Positions 51,040-59,923 of a stretch of DNA of 64,000 bases are shown one piece after another. A program made the translations under genes and the position numbers. Source of the stretch: an uncultured Clostridium sp. (GTDB lineage Bacteria > Bacillota > Clostridia > TANB77 > CAG-508). Within the stretch, counting starts at the first letter, position 1. The number at the start of each line of letters is the position of its first letter. Location of the stretch: contig CAKNRV010000001.1 in NCBI GenBank assembly GCA_930991035.1, positions 124,719-188,718 on the forward strand, written 5' to 3'. The notes under the pieces were generated by a model. The model saw only the letters and a program-made list of their open reading frames with translations, searched no databases and had not been told where the DNA came from.

Positions 51040-52179
51040 CTAGTTATTTTTAAATAAATCTTTAACAACCTTTATTACAACATTTTGCTCTTCTTCTGTC
51101 ATTTTTGTATCACTAGGTAAACATACTCCATTTTCAAATAATTTTTGTCCAACAGATTTTTTGCCATCGCATACAGTAATAAAATCATATTTTTCAAATA
51201 CTGGTTGTAAGTTCATTGGCTTCCATACTGGTCTAGATTCTATATTTTCTTTATCTAATGCATCCATTATATCATTTGGTTTTACTTTTGAATTTTCGTC
51301 TAAAACAAATGCTGATAACCAGTGATTTGGCACAGTATTTACTGGTACTGGTTGCATTTTTATTTCTGGTATATCTTTAAAGGCCTCTTTATATCTATTG
51401 TATATATCTGTTTTTTGTTTAATTCTCTCATCTAAAACTTTTAATTGTCCTCTACCAATTCCTGCTACAATATTACTCATTCTATAATTATATCCTATTT
51501 CAGAGTGTTGATAATGACGAGCCTTATCTCTTGCTTGTGTTGACCAAAAACGTACTTTTTGTATTCTTTCTTCGTTCTCAGAAACCAACATTCCTCCACC
51601 ACTTGTCGTAATTATCTTGTTGCCATTGAACGAATAAATTCCATATTTTCCAAATGTTCCTGTTTGTTTTCCTTTATATGTTGAACCTAGGCTTTCCGCT
51701 GCATCTTCTATTAATGTTACATTATGTTTTTTGCAGATTTCTACGATTTCATCCATTTTAGCAGGTGTTCCATATAAATGAACAACTACCACAGCTTTTG
51801 GATTAGGATATTTTTCAAAAGCTTTTTCTAGTGCTTTTGGATCCATATTCCAAGTTTCTTCTTCACTATCTATAAATATTGGTGTAGCATTTTGATATAT
51901 TATTGGATTAGCTGTTGCAGAAAATGTAAGTGAAGAACAAAAGACTATATCTCCTTTTCCAACACCTGCTGCCATTAAGCCCAAATGAATAGCTGCTGTA
52001 CCAGCAGATAAGGCAGCTGCATATCCTGTTCCTACATATTGTGCTAATTCTTCTTCAAATTTATTTACATTTTCTCCTAAAGGTGCTATCCAGTTTTTGT
52101 CAAACGCATCTTTAACATATTCTTGTTCATATCCTTCCTTTGACATATGTGGTGATGATAAAAAAATTCTTTTTTCCAT
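51040..52179 (-). CDS. DegT/DnrJ/EryC1 (PglE-like) sugar aminotransferase
   Basis: The sequence around SFNGNKIITTSGGGML (PLP-lysine region) is typical of the family. Start chosen at ATG 52179, which has AAAGAGGG upstream. Confidence 0.85.
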   Translation of the reverse strand: MEKRIFLSSPHMSKEGYEQEYVKDAFDKNWIAPLGENVNKFEEELAQYVGTGYAAALSAGTAAIHLGLMAAGVGKGDIVFCSSLTFSATANPIIYQNATPIFIDSEEETWNMDPKALEKAFEKYPNPKAVVVVHLYGTPAKMDEIVEICKKHNVTLIEDAAESLGSTYKGKQTGTFGKYGIYSFNGNKIITTSGGGMLVSENEERIQKVRFWSTQARDKARHYQHSEIGYNYRMSNIVAGIGRGQLKVLDERIKQKTDIYNRYKEAFKDIPEIKMQPVPVNTVPNHWLSAFVLDENSKVKPNDIMDALDKENIESRPVWKPMNLQPVFEKYDFITVCDGKKSVGQKLFENGVCLPSDTKMTEEEQNVVIKVVKDLFKNN

Positions 52180-52203
52180 AAAATAACCCTCTTTCATTTA
52201 TTT

Positions 52204-54201
52204 TTATATATTATTTTCTATTACCTTAACTTTGTCTTTATGTTTTTCTTTGGTGTGCTCGTCCACCTTGTCGCTTGATTTTTCACTTTCTTCTGTTTCT
52301 TTTTTATTTTTCGTTTCTTCAACTGCTTTAGTATTTTCCTGTTCCTCTTCTTTTCTTTCTTTATACGTTGGAACAACTTTTTTCATATTTACTTTAATTT
52401 GTTTTATAGAAATATCCTCGTTTTTTATTGTATCCTTTAATATATCCAACTTTTTCTCTACATCTTCCATAGTTATTTTTGATGGTTTTGCAATAAATAT
52501 TTTGCTATGGTCAGTACTTTTTAATCCTTCCTCAGACATTAGTATTTCCTCATATAACTTTTCTCCAGGTCTTAGTCCTGTTATTTCTATTGGAATATCT
52601 ACATATGGTTGTAATCCAGAAAGTTTTATTAAGCTTACTGCTAAATCATATATTTTTACTGGCTCTCCCATATCTAGTACAAATATTTCTCCACCTTTTG
52701 CATATGTTGACGCTTGTAATACAAGTTGTACTGCTTCTGGTATTGTCATAAAGAATCTAGTTATGTCTTTATGTGTTACTGTTACAGGTCCACCTTTTGC
52801 TATTTGTTTTTTAAATAGTGGTACAACTGAGCCATTGCTTCCTAATACATTTCCAAATCTTACTGCAACAAATTCTGTTTTGCTAACTTTGTCTTTTGCT
52901 TGTATTATCATTTCGCACATTCTTTTTGTTGCCCCCATTATATTTGTAGGGTTTACAGCTTTATCTGTTGAGATTAATACAAACCTTTTTACATTAAATT
53001 TATCACAGCAATTTACTACGTTATATGTACCAAACACGTTATTTTTTATTGCTTCTAGTGGACTTGCTTCCATTAATGGCACGTGCTTATGTGCTGCTGC
53101 GTGGAATACTACATACGGTTTTGTTTTTTCAAATATACTTTCCATTCTTGCTTTATCTCTAACACTTGCAACAATAGCATCAATTTTAATATTTTTGTAG
53201 TTTGCTTTTAATTCTAATTCTATATCATATAAATTGTTTTCGTATATGTCTATTAAAACCATTTCTTTTGGTTCGTATTTAGCTATTTGCCTGCAAAGTT
53301 CTGAACCTATTGAGCCTCCAGCACCTGTTATTAGTACTGTTTTTTCTTTAAGCAGTTCCTCTATGTTGTTATTATCTAATACAATTGGCTCTCTACCTAA
53401 TACATCTTCAATTTCTACATCTCTTAGATTTTGCATTATATTTTTTTCTGTAATAAAGTCTTGAATTCCTGGCAATATTCTTAATTTTGCTCCAGTTTCT
53501 TGACAGATTGCTAAAATTTCTTTTCTATCTTTTGAGGATATGTTTGAAATTGTAAAGAAAATTGTATCTACTTTTCTTTCCTTACAAACTTTTATTATAT
53601 CATTTCTATTTCCTAAAATTTGTACTCCTCTAATTTTACAGCTGTGTTTTTTTACATTATCGTCTATTAAACCTACTATGTTGTATTGATTTATTAAGCT
53701 CGTTTTTATTTCTCTTACTACTTCTGTTGCAGCATCTCCAGCGCCTATTATAAGTAGTCTTTTTCTTTGTCCCTCTGGCTTTACAGTTATTGTATTTGTC
53801 AATAAAAATTGAATAACAACTCTATAGAACACAAGCAATATTGCTGTAAATACTCCTGCAAGTAGATTTTCTCTTGGTGACACAATGTTCCAGTCAAAAA
53901 TCATTCCTAGTAAAGTAACAACATTGCTAGACACTATACAAGCTAATGCATATCCAAAATATTCTTTTGCACTTTCATAAACTGTAATGTTTCTATACAC
54001 ATCATATAAATTTAAGAAAATTTCATAAACGACTATTGCAACAATTATTGAATTTGCCAGAGTTATTGTAGGTATTTGCTCAAGTACTGTATAATTGTTC
54101 AAAAATAATTCTGTTAAAATATAAGAAAATCCAATAATTAAAATATCAATTATGAATAAAATTATTTTTGTAAATTTTATTGATTTCTTTAACTTTTGCA
54201 T
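52204..54201 (-). CDS. Membrane-anchored UDP-GlcNAc 4,6-dehydratase (CapD/PglF-like) with a charged C-terminal tail
   Basis: 4 N-terminal TM segments, two Rossmann motifs (IIGAGDAA and ITGAGGSIGSEL), a YGATKRMCE catalytic region, and a roughly 50-aa K/E-rich tail. Confidence 0.85.
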   Translation of the reverse strand: MQKLKKSIKFTKIILFIIDILIIGFSYILTELFLNNYTVLEQIPTITLANSIIVAIVVYEIFLNLYDVYRNITVYESAKEYFGYALACIVSSNVVTLLGMIFDWNIVSPRENLLAGVFTAILLVFYRVVIQFLLTNTITVKPEGQRKRLLIIGAGDAATEVVREIKTSLINQYNIVGLIDDNVKKHSCKIRGVQILGNRNDIIKVCKERKVDTIFFTISNISSKDRKEILAICQETGAKLRILPGIQDFITEKNIMQNLRDVEIEDVLGREPIVLDNNNIEELLKEKTVLITGAGGSIGSELCRQIAKYEPKEMVLIDIYENNLYDIELELKANYKNIKIDAIVASVRDKARMESIFEKTKPYVVFHAAAHKHVPLMEASPLEAIKNNVFGTYNVVNCCDKFNVKRFVLISTDKAVNPTNIMGATKRMCEMIIQAKDKVSKTEFVAVRFGNVLGSNGSVVPLFKKQIAKGGPVTVTHKDITRFFMTIPEAVQLVLQASTYAKGGEIFVLDMGEPVKIYDLAVSLIKLSGLQPYVDIPIEITGLRPGEKLYEEILMSEEGLKSTDHSKIFIAKPSKITMEDVEKKLDILKDTIKNEDISIKQIKVNMKKVVPTYKERKEEEQENTKAVEETKNKKETEESEKSSDKVDEHTKEKHKDKVKVIENNI

Positions 54202-54253
54202 TTTTTGTTCCTCATTATTTTTTCATTATTTCAATTTTTCAAATTCATTTGCC

Positions 54254-54282
54254 ATTATATATCATATAGCAACAAATTTCAA
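54254..54282 (-). promoter_or_regulatory. Near-consensus sigma-A promoter of the polysaccharide operon
   Basis: The minus strand reads TTGAAA-17 nt-TATAAT (-35 at 54277-54282, -10 at 54254-54259), about 50 nt upstream of the CapD-like start. Confidence 0.6.
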
Positions 54283-54326
54283 CACTAAATAGCAAATTAA
54301 TTGAAAAAGGTTAAAAAATATTCCAA

Positions 54327-54512
54327 TTCACAGTTTATTCTAAAATGTCGTAGCAATGTATGTTTTAATTTTCTGTTTCCGTCCCCCAACTGCGTACAAA
54401 CTGTAAATGTTCATTTCATTCACATAACAGTTTGTAAACTTGTCATTCCACACCTTAAACACTCCAACAGAAAATTAAAACATACATTGCTACGACAAAA
54501 AGCAACTGTGAA
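54327..54512. repeat. Nested interrupted inverted repeat (9 + 32 + 10 bp matched blocks), either a MITE-like or a structured-RNA element
   Basis: Three matched blocks:
- 54327-54335 pairs with 54504-54512;
- 54346-54377 pairs perfectly with 54466-54497;
- 54395-54404 pairs with 54428-54437.
The blocks are separated by asymmetric internal loops. Confidence 0.7.
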
Positions 54513-54517
54513 CTATA

Positions 54518-54549
54518 CAAAAAAGATACTGCACTTACGAACAGTATCT
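54518..54549 (-). terminator. Rho-independent terminator of holA
   Basis: The minus strand reads AGATACTG-(10 nt)-CAGTATCT followed by TTTTTT. The holA stop codon lies in the loop. Confidence 0.7.
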
Positions 54550-55518
54550 ACACAATATAGTCTCTAGTCCTACATTAATGTCTATTAATCCTACTTTATA
54601 GTTTGCATCAAGATTAATAAATTCTTCCATAATATTTTCTATTTCTTTTTTAGAAAAATATCTTGCCTGGTTTTTATATTTTGTTGTTAAAAATAGTTGA
54701 TTTGGTTTCAAATTCATTGCAGTCGCTAAATCTTTTCTATTCTCTTCTGCTACTTTAACAATATATAGCTTTTTAAAATGGTTATACAGCGTTATTAATA
54801 TTTTTTGTATTGGTTCTTTTTGATATATTAAATTATTTAAAACATCCATAGCAGTTTTTGTATCTTTTTTGCCTAAATTATCTGTTAAGTCAAATATTAC
54901 ACTGTCCATCTGTTTATTTGCAAGTAGATCTATTTCCTTGTTTGTAATTACGCCACCTTGTCCAACATACTCAATTAATTTTCTAATTTCGTTAATCAAA
55001 TCTTGCATAGATGTTCCACAGCTTTCCACAAAATATTTGGCACTTGCAGTATCTATTTTTACTTTATATGCTGCACATATTTTCTGTATATTTTCTATTA
55101 AGCCTGGAAGCTTTAATAGTGGGAATTCTTGCACTTCTCCATATTTTTCTATTGCTTTGTATAGCTCATTCTTTTCTGCCTCTTCCTCTACAAAAATTAA
55201 TTCCACAGCATCTTCAATTAATGTATGATTTTCTTCAATGTATTCTGCTATCTTCTTGGAAAGATTTATCAAAGCCAGTTCTTGCCCCTTGGCAGTTTTT
55301 TTAGCTTTTTTAAACAAACCTGTATTTCTGGCTATAATAAGCTTTTTTTCATACCCAAATGCAGGAGTCTCTATATCAGAAATTAGCTCTGAGACATTTG
55401 TGTCATCAATTTGTATGTAGTTAATTCCTTTTATAAGTTCTCCAAAGCTTTTCTTTAACTTTTTTAATTTAGTTTCCAACAAATACGTTTCTTCTCCAAA
55501 CAACAACTTAACTGACAT
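54535..55518 (-). CDS. holA: DNA polymerase III delta subunit
   Basis: 327 aa. The N-terminus LLFGEETYLLE and the overall architecture are typical of HolA. Confidence 0.8.
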   Translation of the reverse strand: MSVKLLFGEETYLLETKLKKLKKSFGELIKGINYIQIDDTNVSELISDIETPAFGYEKKLIIARNTGLFKKAKKTAKGQELALINLSKKIAEYIEENHTLIEDAVELIFVEEEAEKNELYKAIEKYGEVQEFPLLKLPGLIENIQKICAAYKVKIDTASAKYFVESCGTSMQDLINEIRKLIEYVGQGGVITNKEIDLLANKQMDSVIFDLTDNLGKKDTKTAMDVLNNLIYQKEPIQKILITLYNHFKKLYIVKVAEENRKDLATAMNLKPNQLFLTTKYKNQARYFSKKEIENIMEEFINLDANYKVGLIDINVGLETILCRYCS

Positions 55519-55539
55519 TTTTCTCTCCTTCTTGTTTAT

Positions 55540-56067
55540 TTAAAGCTTAACAGAAAATTTTGACGAATGTGCGTGACATATAGCAGCTGCCATACTATCT
55601 GTTGTATCATCCAATTTAGGAAGTTTATCAACTCCTAAAATCATTTTTACCATTTTTTGTACTTGTATTTTGTCTGCTCTACCGTATCCAACAACAGATT
55701 GCTTTATTTGAAGTGGTGTATACTCATAAGTAGGCACATTTTTTCTGCAACCTACCACAAGTATAACCCCTCTTGCTTGTGCAACATTAATAGCCGTTTT
55801 TGCATTGTTGTTAAAAAATAATTCTTCAACAGAAATCGCATCTGGCTTATATGTATCAATTATGTTTTCCAAGTCATTGTTAAGCTTTAGCAATCTTAGC
55901 GGAAACGACTCTCCCGCTTCTGTAAGCACTGCTCCCGATGTAATAAGTTTAAATTTATTTCCAATATAATCTATTATACTATATCCAGTTATTGCAAAAC
56001 CTGGGTCAATTCCTAAAATTCTCATTTTGTTCTTTTGTTTTGCCTCCGTTTCTAAATTATTGTTCAT
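55540..56067 (-). CDS. ruvC: Holliday junction resolvase RuvC (start may be ATG 56025)
   Basis: MRILGIDPGFAITGYSII, VEELFF and DDTTDSMAAAICHA are RuvC catalytic motifs. Confidence 0.9.
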   Translation of the reverse strand: MNNNLETEAKQKNKMRILGIDPGFAITGYSIIDYIGNKFKLITSGAVLTEAGESFPLRLLKLNNDLENIIDTYKPDAISVEELFFNNNAKTAINVAQARGVILVVGCRKNVPTYEYTPLQIKQSVVGYGRADKIQVQKMVKMILGVDKLPKLDDTTDSMAAAICHAHSSKFSVKL

Positions 56068-56112
56068 TAATTTTACAAATATTTTTGTATTATCTGCTAA
56101 AGAAATGCAACT

Positions 56113-58143
56113 CTACAATATTATTCTAAATACTTCCGCCACACTCCAAGCTTGAGCAATTGTTCCTTGTGGCATATATTTCTTACTCTCTATATCATAT
56201 AATTCGCATATACTGCCAACTGTTCCTCCGCTACTTATTTCATTTGAGAAAGTTGTTTTTACATCTGCTTTAAATTTGTCTAGCTTATCTTTTAACTCCT
56301 TTTTTGTGTGTCTGTTTTTTTCAGCCTTTAACATATTTCTTAAAGTGTCGTAGTATAATCCTAATAACCAAGGCCATATTACTCCCTGATGGTAGCTCAT
56401 ATCTCTTTTTATCATATCGCCTTCATATCTTTCTCTATATCCTGGTTCTCCTTTTGCCAATGTTCGTAATCCATATGGTGTAAGCAATTTTTTCTCTACT
56501 GTGTTTAATATTTCTTTTGCTTCTTCAGAAGCAGGGTCAACAACAGGATATGACAACGACAAAGCAAATAATTGGTTTGGTCTTATCTTTGAGTCTCCCA
56601 AAACATCATATAGGCATTTTCTTTTTTTGTTATAGAATTTTTCATTAAATGATTTTTTACATTTCTTTGCCAAATTTGCATATCTTACAGATTCTTCTTT
56701 ACTACGCATTAATGTTGTAAGTTCTTCCATTATTTTTAGTGCATTATACCACATACTATTTATTTCTACTGCTTTACCATTTCTTGGTGTTACTACAAAA
56801 TCTCCTATTTTAGCATCCATCCACGTGTTTTGTATATTTTCTGTTCCAGAAGAGATTAAGAAGTCCTTATCCATATATATATTGTTTCCATCTATATCTA
56901 TTCTGTTTTGATATGCATTCATTATTTTTACCAAAGATGGATATATGTTTTTGTTTACCCATTCATATTCATGTGTGTATTCTAAGAATTTCTTTACTTC
57001 TTCAAATAGTAAAAGTGATGCATCTGCACTATTGTATAGTGGTCTTGAGTCATATCCAGAATATCCATTTGGCACTAGACCATATTTTATATCTCTTATG
57101 CAAGTAAGTAATACTTCTTTGGCTTCTGCAAATCTTCTTGTTTTTAGTAAAATTCCTTCAAAAGCAATTAGTGTGTCTCTTCCCCAATCCAAAAACCAAG
57201 GATATCCAGCAATTAGTGTATATAGTGCAAAAGAAGGTCTATATACAACAAAATTATCTGTTGCTATAATAAAGTTTTTAACCAAACTGCTATATTCTTC
57301 GTCTTTTGCTTCTTTATTTTTTTCATTTAAAATATCTGTGTTATATATAATTGAGCTTAATCTAACTATTTCTTTATTAATTAAGTCTTTAGCATCAATT
57401 TCTTCAATGTTTTGTTCAAGTGAGCATACAAATGTTACATATTTACTTTCATTAGGTTCAATTTCTATTTCATATACACCTGGCACCACGTGATTCTCTG
57501 TTGCGCCTTGTCCTCTTTTTTCTTCTTCTACATAGTACATATCTCTAAAAATGTCATTATGGTGCTCTATATATTTGCCCTCTGAGGCATATGTGTATAT
57601 TGGATTTTGAGAGTTATTATTTACAATTAGTCTAACTTTATTATTCTCAACATTCTGTTGTAATTGAAAATCTTCAGATGTATTTGTTGTATGGAATCCT
57701 CTAAAATTTATTATTGGTGCTAACGTTAATGTTGCTTTATTTTCGCTATCATTTTTTATGTAATAATATAATCCAACTGTATTTTTACCATTTTCTAAGC
57801 ATACAAATTTCTTTATTTGTATGTATTCTACTTTGTATGTGAAGATAGGTACATAGTCTTTTTCAAATTGTACTAAATTCTTGTATCCATCAGATATAAA
57901 GTTTTTACATACATTTGTATATAGATTGTATTGCCTTCCTTCTATATTAACACTTTCGTCTACTTTTGATAGAATTAATTGTCTGTTACCAGGTGGCATC
58001 ATCGGAGCGACTAGCAACCCGTGGTATTTTCTAGTATTAGCTCCTATTATTGTTGAGCTACTGTACCCCCCAATTCCATTAGTAATAATCCACTCTTTTT
58101 TTAATCCATTTTCTAATGATAGTTCATCTTTTTCGTATTTCAT
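56113..58143 (-). CDS. Glycogen debranching enzyme / amylo-alpha-1,6-glucosidase family protein
   Basis: 676 aa. TRKYHGLL, GYPWFLDWGRDT and YHQGVIWPWLLG are GDE-family motifs. Confidence 0.8.
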   Translation of the reverse strand: MKYEKDELSLENGLKKEWIITNGIGGYSSSTIIGANTRKYHGLLVAPMMPPGNRQLILSKVDESVNIEGRQYNLYTNVCKNFISDGYKNLVQFEKDYVPIFTYKVEYIQIKKFVCLENGKNTVGLYYYIKNDSENKATLTLAPIINFRGFHTTNTSEDFQLQQNVENNKVRLIVNNNSQNPIYTYASEGKYIEHHNDIFRDMYYVEEEKRGQGATENHVVPGVYEIEIEPNESKYVTFVCSLEQNIEEIDAKDLINKEIVRLSSIIYNTDILNEKNKEAKDEEYSSLVKNFIIATDNFVVYRPSFALYTLIAGYPWFLDWGRDTLIAFEGILLKTRRFAEAKEVLLTCIRDIKYGLVPNGYSGYDSRPLYNSADASLLLFEEVKKFLEYTHEYEWVNKNIYPSLVKIMNAYQNRIDIDGNNIYMDKDFLISSGTENIQNTWMDAKIGDFVVTPRNGKAVEINSMWYNALKIMEELTTLMRSKEESVRYANLAKKCKKSFNEKFYNKKRKCLYDVLGDSKIRPNQLFALSLSYPVVDPASEEAKEILNTVEKKLLTPYGLRTLAKGEPGYRERYEGDMIKRDMSYHQGVIWPWLLGLYYDTLRNMLKAEKNRHTKKELKDKLDKFKADVKTTFSNEISSGGTVGSICELYDIESKKYMPQGTIAQAWSVAEVFRIIL

Positions 58144-58160
58144 TTGTATCCTCCATAAAT

Positions 58161-59666
58161 TTATTTTTTATTCTTTTGCATTTTTGCTTTTTCCTTTTGC
58201 TTTAAGTCAGATTCTTTTATTGATTGAATTCTGTCACTATATTTTTCAAAAAACTTACTTTGATTCTTTTTGTCGTGCTTACTTTTCTTTTTCTTTGTTT
58301 GTTTTTTGTCTTCCTTGTCTTTTTTCTTTAAAGTTTTTTTAGTATCTTTTAATTTATTATTAAGCATTACATATTGAGTATTATTTTCCATATTGTTAAA
58401 TTTCAAGTCATCGCATATTAGCTGAATTATTGATGCTGCAATTGCGTCTGGATTATGTCTAATATATCCATTTTCTATTTGTGATAGATTTCTTTGTATT
58501 AATGATACCCCTTCAACCTTTACTTTAGAAGTATCTTGTTCAACCAATTCTGAACCCTGTAAATTGTATTTTCTAATATATTCTGGAATAATTTCACCTG
58601 TATCATATATACAGTATTCTATTACCCCTTTGCCAGCGTGATCATTTATTGCTTTTATATGTTCTGATAAAGAATAATTATCTGTTTGACCCGGCTCTGT
58701 CATTATGTTACTTACATATATTTTAAATGCTTTTGATTCTTTTATAGCTTTTGCAACACCTTTTACAAGTAAGTTTGGTATTACATTTGTGTATAGACTT
58801 CCTGGTCCTATGACAATTGCATCCGCCTCTTCTATTGCTTCTATAACACCTGATGCAGGTTTGCAATTTGATGGATTAATAAATATTCTGCTAATTTTGC
58901 AAGCCTTATTATTAATCACTTCTGGAATTTTGTCTTTACTTTCTATCACAGTTCCATCTTCTAGTTCAGCACATATTTTTATTTCTTCTATTGTAACAGG
59001 TAGAACTTTGCCTGTTATTTTAAAAACATTTTGTGATTGTTTAACAGCTTCTGTAAAATCTTTGTATAAATCTTGCATTGCTGTAAAATACAAGTCATTA
59101 AAGTTTAAATTAGCAAGCCTTCCATTTTTAAATTTATAGTTTAATAATTTTTCTGTCACTTCTTCATTCTCTGAAAGCGCTACAAGGCTTTCTTTTATAT
59201 CGTCAAGTGGTAATGTATCTAGCACTTGTCTTGACTCTGTTTTTTGGCTTCCATAATCTGATACAGTTACAATTGCCGTAATATTGTCCGTATATTTTTT
59301 TAATCCTCTTAAAACAGAATTTAAACCTGTTCCACCACCTATTACAACAACCTTTGGGCCTTGATTATATACTTTCTTATTAAATATAAGTGATTTTACA
59401 TTAGCCTTGTTATCTTGAAGCCTCTTATCAGTATCCTCTACTAGTATTTCCAGAGTTCTTTTTTGAATTGCAACAATGCTATATATTATACACACAAAGC
59501 CCACAATGAATATCAAAATTATTTTTGCTAAATCAGCAAATTCAATTTGTGTGCTTGTAAGTACATCTGCCATCCCATAACAGCATAATATAATTCCAAC
59601 TAATATTAATAATATCCATCTTTTTATTTTAGTTTTTGATTTAAACCATCTAAAAAAACCTTTCAT
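58161..59666 (-). CDS. yvcK: YvcK/CofD-family protein (gluconeogenesis factor-like) with N-terminal TM helices and a Lys-rich C-terminal tail
   Basis: VVVIGGGTGLNSVLRGLK, VTVSDYG and VIGPGSLYTNVIPNLLV are YvcK motifs. The protein also has 2 N-terminal TM helices and a roughly 85-aa K-rich tail. Confidence 0.8.
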   Translation of the reverse strand: MKGFFRWFKSKTKIKRWILLILVGIILCCYGMADVLTSTQIEFADLAKIILIFIVGFVCIIYSIVAIQKRTLEILVEDTDKRLQDNKANVKSLIFNKKVYNQGPKVVVIGGGTGLNSVLRGLKKYTDNITAIVTVSDYGSQKTESRQVLDTLPLDDIKESLVALSENEEVTEKLLNYKFKNGRLANLNFNDLYFTAMQDLYKDFTEAVKQSQNVFKITGKVLPVTIEEIKICAELEDGTVIESKDKIPEVINNKACKISRIFINPSNCKPASGVIEAIEEADAIVIGPGSLYTNVIPNLLVKGVAKAIKESKAFKIYVSNIMTEPGQTDNYSLSEHIKAINDHAGKGVIEYCIYDTGEIIPEYIRKYNLQGSELVEQDTSKVKVEGVSLIQRNLSQIENGYIRHNPDAIAASIIQLICDDLKFNNMENNTQYVMLNNKLKDTKKTLKKKDKEDKKQTKKKKSKHDKKNQSKFFEKYSDRIQSIKESDLKQKEKAKMQKNKK

Positions 59667-59688
59667 TTATGTACACTCCTAATCATTA

Positions 59689-59758
59689 CTTGAACGATTG
59701 GGACACTCCTTTTTGTTCAAGTTCTTGAACTTCTGGGACACTCCTTTTTGTTCAAGTT
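59689..59758 (-). repeat. Two tandem 35-nt units in the yvcK leader. Each is a 7-bp hairpin presenting an AAGGAGTGT Shine-Dalgarno mimic.
   Basis: Units 59689-59723 and 59724-59758 are identical except for a 3-nt spacer. Each minus-strand unit reads CTTGAAC-AAAAAGGAGTGTCCCA-NNN-GTTCAAG. The real SD, AGGAGTGT, lies at 59673-59680. Confidence 0.75.
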
Positions 59759-59872
59759 TTTTATTTTTCTTCATATTTTTCATTTGGGTTATTATTTGAA
59801 ACAACTATTTTTAGTATTAGTTTCATTTTAATTTTAATATGTTTTTTTATTTGATTGTTTCTTCTTTGATAA

Positions 59873-59901
59873 TAAATAAACACATCAATTTTATATGTCA
59901 A
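59873..59901 (-). promoter_or_regulatory. Candidate sigma-A promoter for yvcK
   Basis: The minus strand reads TTGACA-17 nt-TATTTA. Confidence 0.4.
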
Positions 59902-59923
59902 TATATAATAATTGATTTATCTC

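Noticed and set aside
52232-53200. Long plus-strand ORFs, for example 52232-53200 (322 aa), 4161-4646, 7126-7635, 56945-57493, 60456-60962 and 24328-24762
   Set aside because: All lie antisense to well-supported minus-strand genes. They translate to Leu/Phe/Ser/Ile-rich low-complexity sequence and lack ribosome-binding sites. They are shadow ORFs of the kind expected opposite AT-rich coding DNA.
54346-54497. An invertible promoter (phase-variation switch) for the polysaccharide operon, flanked by the 32-bp inverted repeats
   Set aside because: The only near-consensus promoter (54254-54282) lies outside the repeats. The 88-bp interior is itself palindromic and contains no convincing -35/-10 pair in either orientation. 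It is kept only as a minor alternative within the inverted-repeat finding.
54301-54567. An 88-aa plus-strand ORF in the holA/capD intergenic region
   Set aside because: It runs straight through the nested inverted repeat and the holA terminator. It has no RBS, and its sequence is determined by the palindrome. The DNA/RNA structure is the more likely feature.
59689-59758. The tandem 35-nt repeats, considered as a degenerate CRISPR array
   Set aside because: There are only two directly abutting copies, with no spacers and no cas genes. The repeats sit in a 5' leader and contain SD-like sequence.
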